A stretch of 38,485 nucleotides of DNA from an uncultured Planctomycetales bacterium (GTDB lineage: Bacteria > Omnitrophota > Gorgyraeia > Gygaellales > Profunditerraquicolaceae): NCBI GenBank assembly GCA_964510625.1, contig CAZEBD010000003.1:1-38485 (forward strand), read 5' to 3'. The notes under the pieces were generated by a model that ran no database searches, was not told where the DNA came from, and saw nothing but the letters and a program-made list of their open reading frames with translations. The position numbers and the translations under genes are program-made. Of the stretch, positions 31,409 through 38,094 are shown piece after piece; positions within the stretch are counted from its first letter, which is position 1; each line of letters begins with the position of its first letter.

Positions 31409-32558
31409 AACACATCAGGAGTCTCTTCAGGATTCGTTTGCTTTTTTTTCGCAAGCCGCCGCGGTAATTGTATCTTTTACAGGGTGCATAGTGTTATTGG
31501 GGTGGCTGTTTGATATCACGGCGATGAAAAGCGTATTCCCGGGGCTGGTGACGATGAAGCCAAATACGGCTTTATGCATTATGCTGGCCGGCCTGGCGTT
31601 ATGGTCGGCCCAGGAAAAACGGATAAATAAAATTAACCTGTTGGTTACGCGCAGTTGTTGTATTTTTGTTATGGGTTTATCCTTAATTACGATCATTGAG
31701 TATGTCTATGGTGTTAATTTAGGAATTGACCAATTGATGTTTAAAGATGACCCCGGAGCTTTATTCACCACTTATCCCGGCCGGATGGCTTTGCATACGG
31801 CGGCCGGTTTTGCTCTGGTGGCTATCGCGCTGTTTTTGTCAAATTCTAAAAATAAGCGGGGTTATATTTTTATGCAGATTCTTTCTTTGTTGGTAGTAAT
31901 CCTATCGGTCCTATCTTTATTGTGGTATGTTTATGAAGTAAAAATTTTCAATTTGGGTGGCAAAAGAACCACGGTAATGGCGCTGCATACTGCGCTGGCC
32001 TTTTTACTGATTGGCCTGGGAATATTTTTTTTGCGGCCGAAACAATGGTTAGCCGGAACAATTACCAGTGATAACCTGGGCAGTAAAGTTGCCCGGCGGC
32101 TGATCCCGGTGGCGGTGTTTATTCCTCCGATTTTGGGTTGGATAAAGATCTGGGGGGAACAACATGGGTATTTGCCCAATGAATTCGGCGTATCATTTGT
32201 GGCATTGATGAACATGATCACAATAATTAGCTGTGTTATCTGGCTGGTCACTTACTTAAACCGGATTGACCTGGAACGCAGAAGGACAGAGGATATTCTA
32301 CGGGCCAGCCAGCAGCAGATGCAGGCGGCTAACCAACAGCTACGGGCCAGCCAGCAGCAGCTCAAGGCTTCTAATCTGCAGTTGATCGCCAATGAACAGA
32401 AGCTACAAGCCGAAATTGCCGAGCGTAAAAGGATAGAGGAGTTAGACGACCGGCATATTCATGAGTTGGAAGTATTTTATAAGTCAAGCGTGGGCAGAGA
32501 AGAGCGCATTATTGAACTTAAAAAAGAGATCGAAGACCTGAAAAACAAGCTTAAATGA
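31401..32558 (+). CDS. 8-TM integral membrane sensor-like protein with a Gln-rich coiled-coil tail and the same C-terminal helix as the PAS protein
   Basis: 385 aa from ATG 31401 (AGGAGAAG upstream; 8-nt overlap with cheD). The membrane part has a repeated motif before TM helices: MKPNTALCIMLAGLAL, RMALHTAAGFALVAIAL and VMALHTALAFLLIGLGI. The tail reads LRASQQQMQAANQQLRASQQQLKASNLQLIANEQKLQAEIAERK...HIHELEVFYKSSVGREERIIELKKEIEDLKNKLK. No enzymatic output domain. Confidence 0.6.
   Translation: MNKTHQESLQDSFAFFSQAAAVIVSFTGCIVLLGWLFDITAMKSVFPGLVTMKPNTALCIMLAGLALWSAQEKRINKINLLVTRSCCIFVMGLSLITIIEYVYGVNLGIDQLMFKDDPGALFTTYPGRMALHTAAGFALVAIALFLSNSKNKRGYIFMQILSLLVVILSVLSLLWYVYEVKIFNLGGKRTTVMALHTALAFLLIGLGIFFLRPKQWLAGTITSDNLGSKVARRLIPVAVFIPPILGWIKIWGEQHGYLPNEFGVSFVALMNMITIISCVIWLVTYLNRIDLERRRTEDILRASQQQMQAANQQLRASQQQLKASNLQLIANEQKLQAEIAERKRIEELDDRHIHELEVFYKSSVGREERIIELKKEIEDLKNKLK
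32298..32381 (+). repeat. Tandem 42-nt (14-codon) coding repeat
   Basis: CTACGGGCCAGCCAGCAGCAG occurs identically at 32298-32318 and 32340-32360. The units encode LRASQQQMQAANQQ and LRASQQQLKASNLQ, and a degenerate third unit follows (LIANEQKLQAEIAE). Confidence 0.9.
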
Positions 32559-33697
32559 ATATTATTACGATAACTTTAAACAATCTTTGGCACCGGAAAA
32601 TCCGGTCACTTTTAACTCTTTTGGGGGTGGGTATTAGTATTGCTGCTTTTGTCGCCATTATCGGGCTGGCTGACGGGCTTAAACATAGTTTAGTCTCTAC
32701 CTTCCAAGCCCGCGGAACTGACCTGGTAGTGATTGAAAAAGGGGTTGTCGATATTTTATCCAGCAGTATTGATGCTGCCTATAAAGATAAGCTGCAGGGG
32801 ATGCCGCTTATTGAGCAGGTTGCTCCGATACTGCTTGACCTCTATTCTTTTAAGTTTAAACAGTATTTATTGCTTTATGGCTGGGAGCCAGGTTCTTATC
32901 CTTTTAGTGAGCTTAAGCTCCGGGGTAAACTGCCGCAGAATTATGGCCAGGCAATCCTGGGGGTATTGGCGGCTAAAAGGTTAAATAAAAAGATCGGGGA
33001 TAAAATTAACCTAAAAGGGGCGGAATTTACGGTTGCCGGAATTTTTCAAAGCCAGAGTATCCTGGAGGATGGTGCGGCGATTATTCAACTGGCCCGGCTG
33101 CAGGAATTAAAGAAATCCGGGGATAAGGTTACTTTATTCAATATCAAGATTAAAACTCCTTCCGCGCAAAAATCCAGGTTTGATTATGCAAAGCTTAACC
33201 GCCAGACCGACCTGGCCCAGGTACAAATCGCCGAAGCATTTCCGGGCCTGGAGGTAAAAAATATCCAGAATTTTATTTATAACAATACTCCGATGTATTT
33301 AGTTTTTAATTTTACCTGGGCATTATCGATTGTGGCTTTTATTATCGTCATTCTGGGGATCGCTAATACCATGGCCGCCTCGGTTTTAGAACGGACACAG
33401 GAGATCGGAATACTTTTGGCTATTGGCTGGCGCGATCTGAGTATTGCCGCGATGATTTTGTGTGAAGCCATGCTGATCGGCTTATTGGGCGGTTGCGTCG
33501 GACTGGGCCTGGGTTATCTTTTGATGTACTTTTTTATTTTAAGCCCGCAGCTTTCCGGGCTTATGGCTATGCATTATGACCTGGGCTTTATCCTGCGGGT
33601 AATCGCTATTTCTGTGGGGCTGGGTTTTCTTTCCGGGCTGTATCCGGCGTTTAAGGCGATTTCCATTGAGCCGATGAAAGTGTTGCGTTATGGATAA
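32555..33697 (+). CDS. ABC transporter permease, MacB/LolC/FtsX type (periplasmic core domain plus FtsX 4-TM)
   Basis: 380 aa. N-terminal LNNLWHRKIRSLLTLLGVGISIAAFVA, a ~220-aa extracytoplasmic domain, then three C-terminal TM helices containing RTQEIGILLAIGW. 4-nt overlap with the upstream gene. Confidence 0.8.
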   Translation: MNIITITLNNLWHRKIRSLLTLLGVGISIAAFVAIIGLADGLKHSLVSTFQARGTDLVVIEKGVVDILSSSIDAAYKDKLQGMPLIEQVAPILLDLYSFKFKQYLLLYGWEPGSYPFSELKLRGKLPQNYGQAILGVLAAKRLNKKIGDKINLKGAEFTVAGIFQSQSILEDGAAIIQLARLQELKKSGDKVTLFNIKIKTPSAQKSRFDYAKLNRQTDLAQVQIAEAFPGLEVKNIQNFIYNNTPMYLVFNFTWALSIVAFIIVILGIANTMAASVLERTQEIGILLAIGWRDLSIAAMILCEAMLIGLLGGCVGLGLGYLLMYFFILSPQLSGLMAMHYDLGFILRVIAISVGLGFLSGLYPAFKAISIEPMKVLRYG

Positions 33698-34355
33698 TCA
33701 GATATTGATCGAAACAAAAGAGCTTTGTAAATATTATGCCGACGGCAAAGTGATCGCCCTGGATAAGGTCAGTTTTCATGTCCGCCAGGGGGAGCTGTTT
33801 GCGATTAAAGGCCCATCCGGCAGCGGTAAATCTACCCTGCTGCATCTGATCGGGGGCCTGGATAAACCGACCTCCGGCAGAATGTATTTTGCCGGCAGCC
33901 CGCTGTATCCGTTTTTAAGGCAAAGCGGGTTCAGGATCAGGAATGTCGGATTTGTTTTTCAGGTCTTTTACCTTTGGCCGACCTTAAATGTGCTGCAGAA
34001 TGTTTTATTGCCTTTGGTGGAATTAAAGATGGGCCAGCAGGAAAGGGTTAAAAGGGCGGATGAATTGATCTCTACCGTCGGCCTGTCCCATAAGCGCCTC
34101 AGCGCTATTCTTAAGCTTTCTGTCGGAGAGCGGCAGCGGGTAGCTATCGCCCGGGCATTAGTTACCCGTCCTAAACTGGTTTTAGCGGATGAACCGACCG
34201 GAAGCTTAGATTCCAAAAATGCCGAAAAAATATTACAGTTATTCAAAAAAATCAACCAGCAATTGGGGACAACGATTGTCATGGTTACTCACGAAAAAAT
34301 ACCGGACAGTTTCTTTGACCGTTCGATCCAGATCTTTGACGGCAGGATAAAATAA
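33690..34355 (+). CDS. ABC transporter ATP-binding protein, MacB/LolD-like
   Basis: 221 aa. Walker A GPSGSGKST, signature LSVGERQRVAIARAL, Walker B LVLADEPTGSLD and H-loop VTHE. Confidence 0.9.
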   Translation: MDNQILIETKELCKYYADGKVIALDKVSFHVRQGELFAIKGPSGSGKSTLLHLIGGLDKPTSGRMYFAGSPLYPFLRQSGFRIRNVGFVFQVFYLWPTLNVLQNVLLPLVELKMGQQERVKRADELISTVGLSHKRLSAILKLSVGERQRVAIARALVTRPKLVLADEPTGSLDSKNAEKILQLFKKINQQLGTTIVMVTHEKIPDSFFDRSIQIFDGRIK

Positions 34356-34360
34356 AAAGA

Positions 34361-34786
34361 ATGATTGTGGGCAGAATAAATTTGGTATGTTTATTGGCGT
34401 TATTATTGTTTACTCCTGTCCGGGCGGAGTCCGCCGGCAGCCAGGCCTCTGAAACCGCAGCCATGGATGAGTTAAAAAGCGATCAGATGATGGGTGAGAT
34501 TGAGATGGGAGGAAATATTAAAGGGGTGGTTACTGCCGTTAATGCTGCTTCCGGAGCTTTGGCCGTGCGGGATGAGGATGAAGATAATAAAATATATTAT
34601 ATCAGCGTAAAGAAATCAACTACTTACGCCGGTTTTTCTTCGGTTGCCGATCTTAATCCCGGGGATAGTATCAGCGTGGATTGTTACGGATTGGAAGGGA
34701 ATTTAGTCGCAGAAACGATCACCATCCAGGAGCGGGCGCACCAGCCTGATCAGCCGGCGCAGCTGGAGAAAGTCATGGTTGACTAG
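34361..34786 (+). CDS. Hypothetical exported protein
   Basis: 141 aa. Signal peptide MIVGRINLVCLLALLLFTPVRAES, an acidic linker and a beta-rich C-terminal domain (IKGVVTAVNAASGALAVRDED...ISVDCYGLEGNLVAETITIQE). Confidence 0.5.
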   Translation: MIVGRINLVCLLALLLFTPVRAESAGSQASETAAMDELKSDQMMGEIEMGGNIKGVVTAVNAASGALAVRDEDEDNKIYYISVKKSTTYAGFSSVADLNPGDSISVDCYGLEGNLVAETITIQERAHQPDQPAQLEKVMVD

Positions 34787-34792
34787 TATTAT

Positions 34793-35458
34793 ATGAGAAG
34801 GTTTTTTGGGATATTGATTACGATGTTGTTATTTTGGGTGGGGGCGGGTTATTATATTTCTAACCAGTTTCGCCTGCGTGATACTCTGGCGCAAACCCGG
34901 CAGGATTTGATCTCGGTAGCCGCTAATGCGGCGCTGGCAATTGATGCGCAAAAAATACTGGAGGTGCCTTTAGTGGCATCCGGCGACAGCTCCCTGGCTT
35001 ATCAGGAGCTTTCGGATAAATTAGCGGCAATTAAGCAGGCTAACCCCCGGCTTAAATACGTCTATATTATGGCGGCTACGGATAAGCCGGGCATCCTGCA
35101 GTATGTGGCGGATGCTGACCCGGCGCCGCAGGTAATTACCGCTCAATCCCCCCGGGCATTGCCCGGTGACCGGTATGACGCTATCGGCTTGCCGGCAATG
35201 CTGCGGGCTTATGATTATGCGACTGCCGATCAACAAATTACTGCTGATGAATGGGGGGCAGTTTTTTCCGGGTATGCCCCGATTAAGGACAACGCAGGAA
35301 ACACCGTGGCGATTCTGGGAGTAGATATTGATGCCGGCCGGATAGCTGCCCTGCAGAAACAGGCGCGGGCAAGTGGTTTTTGGGCGCTGGGTGGGTTTTT
35401 TATATTTCTTGTTTCTTTGTTTGCTACGTTGGTTTTTAAATCCAATAACACGGAGTAG
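34793..35458 (+). CDS. Stand-alone TM / Cache-like (PDC-fold) extracytoplasmic sensor domain / TM protein with no cytoplasmic output
   Basis: 221 aa. TM1 FFGILITMLLFWVGAGYYI; ectodomain with LKYVYIMAATDKPGILQYVADAD...GDRYDA...ADEWGAVFSGYAPIKDNAGNTVAILGVDID, a pattern typical of Cache-type sensor domains of kinases and cyclases. TM2 FWALGGFFIFLVSLFATLVF, then only 6 residues. Confidence 0.55.
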   Translation: MRRFFGILITMLLFWVGAGYYISNQFRLRDTLAQTRQDLISVAANAALAIDAQKILEVPLVASGDSSLAYQELSDKLAAIKQANPRLKYVYIMAATDKPGILQYVADADPAPQVITAQSPRALPGDRYDAIGLPAMLRAYDYATADQQITADEWGAVFSGYAPIKDNAGNTVAILGVDIDAGRIAALQKQARASGFWALGGFFIFLVSLFATLVFKSNNTE

Positions 35459-35470
35459 CCTGATTCTAAA

Positions 35471-36598
35471 ATGCCGGAAGATAAAATTATTTTTCAAAAC
35501 CCCCAACCTAAAACTCTCTGCCTTAAATTAAGCGGCTCCTGGCTGATTACCGAGCAGGCCCCTGAGGTGGCAATGGTCATGGCCCGGATCGCCCAGCTTA
35601 AGGATATCCGCCAGGTTACTTTTGATGCTTCTGCCATCAGCCGGTGGGATAGTGCGCTGGCGGCTTTTTTATTTCGTTTGTTTAAGGAATGTGAAAACCG
35701 GCAGATTAAGATTGATCTTCAGGGGTTGCCCCAAGGAGTGCAAAAATTGCTTACCCTGGCTTTTAAAGTTAATGAAAGTTTACCGGCGCAAAAAAATGAG
35801 GCGGGGTCGTTTTTCTGCGCCGTGGCCGACAGGGTTTTAGGGTTTTTTGACGGGGCGCTGGCTCTGCTTAATTTTTTGGGGCAGATTACGGTTGCGTTTA
35901 TCCGCTTGGTCCGGGGTAAAGTTTATTTCCGGCGGGATGAATTTATGTTTATTTTACAAAGAAGCGGGGCGGATGCCTTGTTTTTAGTTTCTTTGATCAG
36001 TGTGTTGGTCGGGATCATTCTGGCTTTTATCGGGGCCACCCAGCTGAAATTATTCGGGGCCCAGATTTATATTGCCAATATCGTGGGTATCGGGATGGTC
36101 CGGGTAATGGGGGCGATGATGACGGCAGTACTGATGGCCGGACGTACCGGGGCGGCTTTTGCTGCCGAACTGGGTTTGATGCAGAGCAACGAAGAGATCG
36201 ATGCCTTGCAGACCTTAGGGGTGTCTCCGGTAGAATTCTTGGTTATTCCGCGTATTCTGGCCTTAGTGATTATGATGCCGCTTTTGACTCTCTATGCTAA
36301 CCTTATGGGTATTTTGGGTGGTTTTATTATGAGTATAAGTTTATTAGGCCTTAATCCGGTTGAATACTGGCAGCATACCCGGTCTGCGGTTACCCTGGTC
36401 AATCTTTGGGTAGGGTTGATCCACAGTTTTATTTTCGGAATTATTATTGCGGTGGCCGGGTGTTTCCGGGGGATGCAATGCGCAAGGAGTGCTGCGGCAG
36501 TGGGAGAGGCGACTACCTCGGCGGTAGTCAGTGCGATTATCAGTATTGTGTTTGCTACTGCGGTGATTACCTTTGTCTGTCAGGTTTTGGGGGTATAA
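35471..36598 (+). CDS. mlaE: MlaE-family ABC permease fused to an N-terminal STAS (MlaB-like) domain
   Basis: 375 aa. The first ~105 aa resemble STAS (LKLSGSWLI...VTFDASAISRWDSALAAFLFRL...IDLQGLPQGVQKLLTLA). The rest is MlaE-like (GAQIYIANIVGIGMVRVMGAMMTAVLMAGRTGAAFAAELGLMQSNEEIDALQTLGVSP). Confidence 0.8.
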   Translation: MPEDKIIFQNPQPKTLCLKLSGSWLITEQAPEVAMVMARIAQLKDIRQVTFDASAISRWDSALAAFLFRLFKECENRQIKIDLQGLPQGVQKLLTLAFKVNESLPAQKNEAGSFFCAVADRVLGFFDGALALLNFLGQITVAFIRLVRGKVYFRRDEFMFILQRSGADALFLVSLISVLVGIILAFIGATQLKLFGAQIYIANIVGIGMVRVMGAMMTAVLMAGRTGAAFAAELGLMQSNEEIDALQTLGVSPVEFLVIPRILALVIMMPLLTLYANLMGILGGFIMSISLLGLNPVEYWQHTRSAVTLVNLWVGLIHSFIFGIIIAVAGCFRGMQCARSAAAVGEATTSAVVSAIISIVFATAVITFVCQVLGV

Positions 36599-36603
36599 AA
36601 TCA

Positions 36604-37374
36604 ATGGAAAAATCTGTTCTGCCGGCGATCCAGGTAAAAAATCTTGATTTAAGTTACGGGGATTTTCCGGTTATGCGCAATCTGAATTTCAGCGTGAAGA
36701 AAGGCGAAATTTTTATCGTGATGGGGCACAGCGGATGCGGTAAAAGCACTTTGCTTAAGGTTTTGATCGGCTTGCATCCGCCAACATCCGGGCAAGTTTT
36801 ATATAACGGGGTAGATTTTTGGGCTCAGGATGAACTTGCCCAGCAGGGGATCATGCGCAAGTTCGGGGTATTGTATCAGGGGGGAGCCCTGTGGAGTTCA
36901 TTTACCCTGGAAGAGAATGTGGCATTGCCGCTGCAATTGTATTCGCACCTTTCACCGTCTCAGATCCGGGAGGCGGTGGAGTTAAAATTGGCTTTGGTGG
37001 GCTTGGCCGGTTACGCGGAGTTTTATCCTGAACAGATCAGCGGCGGTATGCGTAAGCGGGCAGCGCTGGCGCGGGCAATCGCCCTGGACCCGGAAGTCAT
37101 TTTTTTTGATGAGCCATCAGCCGGGTTAGATCCGGTAAGTTCACGCATGCTGGATGATTTAATTTTACAATTAAGGGATACCTTAGGCGCGACGATCGTG
37201 GTGGTTAGCCATGAGCTGGCCAGCATTTTTGCCGTCGGGGATAAAGCGGCATTTTTGGATACTGAAACTAAAAGCATGATCACTATCGGAGCCCCCAAGG
37301 ACCTGTTGGCTAATTCTAAAGATTCCCGGGTGATCCAATTTTTAACCAGAGGCAGCGCCGGACTTAATCGGTAA
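36604..37374 (+). CDS. mlaF: MlaF-like ABC ATP-binding protein
   Basis: 256 aa from ATG 36604; the upstream part of the track ORF is an out-of-frame overlap with mlaE. GHSGCGKST, ISGGMRKRAALARAI, IFFDEPSAGLDP and VSHE. Confidence 0.85.
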   Translation: MEKSVLPAIQVKNLDLSYGDFPVMRNLNFSVKKGEIFIVMGHSGCGKSTLLKVLIGLHPPTSGQVLYNGVDFWAQDELAQQGIMRKFGVLYQGGALWSSFTLEENVALPLQLYSHLSPSQIREAVELKLALVGLAGYAEFYPEQISGGMRKRAALARAIALDPEVIFFDEPSAGLDPVSSRMLDDLILQLRDTLGATIVVVSHELASIFAVGDKAAFLDTETKSMITIGAPKDLLANSKDSRVIQFLTRGSAGLNR

Positions 37375-37388
37375 GGAGCAGAATAATT

Positions 37389-38093
37389 ATGAGAAGAGCA
37401 GATAAAACTAAAATCGGTATGTTCGTGGTTGGAGCGGTAGTCCTGTTGGTAGCTGCGATATTGGTTTTTGGATCCGGAGCACTCTTTAAACAGTCAGATA
37501 AATATATCGTATTTTTCGACGGTTCGGTGAAGGGCTTAAGTGTCGGGGCCCCGGTAATTTTTAGGGGGGTCAAGATCGGCAATGTTTCCAGTATTGACCT
37601 GGCCTATGACCAGGAGACTGAAAACGTATTGATCCCGGTAGTTATCGATGTCGAGCTCTCCCGGGTCAAAGGCGTGCCGGATAAATTCGGTTACCCGGAT
37701 TACCAGAGCCTTATTCAGCAGGGCTTGCGGGCTAAATTAGAGGTGCAGAACTTTATTACCGGGCAGCTGATGTTGGGTTTTGATTTTTATCCTCAGGACC
37801 CTGAGAAAATGTATAATATCACCAAAAGCTATCCGGAATTACCGGCGCTGCCGATCTCTCCGGATATCTTTGAGATTATGAATGAGATCCCGATTAAAGA
37901 GATCACCAGTAATTTAGCGCAGGCGGTTACCGGGATCAACCGGTTGGTTAATTCGGAAGGGATCACTGACCTGGATAAGACATTGCGGGAGATCACCCAA
38001 TCCGCCAGATCTTTCGGGTTGCTGATGGAGTATCTGGAGCTGCACCCTGAATCGCTGTTAAAGGGAAAATCTGCTAATAATAAAGGAGATTAA
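37389..38093 (+). CDS. mlaD: MlaD/MCE-domain protein
   Basis: 234 aa. N-terminal TM KIGMFVVGAVVLLVAAILVFG, then the MCE domain YIVFFDGSVKGLSVGAPVIFRGVKIGNVSSIDL. Confidence 0.8.
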   Translation: MRRADKTKIGMFVVGAVVLLVAAILVFGSGALFKQSDKYIVFFDGSVKGLSVGAPVIFRGVKIGNVSSIDLAYDQETENVLIPVVIDVELSRVKGVPDKFGYPDYQSLIQQGLRAKLEVQNFITGQLMLGFDFYPQDPEKMYNITKSYPELPALPISPDIFEIMNEIPIKEITSNLAQAVTGINRLVNSEGITDLDKTLREITQSARSFGLLMEYLELHPESLLKGKSANNKGD

Positions 38094-38094
38094 G

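Noticed and set aside
32298-32381. Possible CRISPR or other non-coding repeat array
   Set aside because: There are only two to three units, they are in frame inside a coding sequence, and they encode a heptad-compatible peptide repeat. No cas genes are present and there is no spacer-like unique sequence.
29585-32558. Conventional chemotaxis operon
   Set aside because: Only cheD is present. Neither flanking sensor has the highly conserved MCP signalling hairpin, and no cheA, cheW, cheY, cheR or cheB is seen in the window.
36406-36603. N-terminal extensions of track ORFs (36406 for mlaF, 21192 for the DsrE-like gene, 4898 for the small exported protein, 3728 for the Fur gene, 31350 for the 8-TM gene)
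   Set aside because: The extensions overlap the preceding gene, a terminator or a promoter. Internal ATGs with an RBS (or leaderless geometry) give products that begin where the family homology begins.
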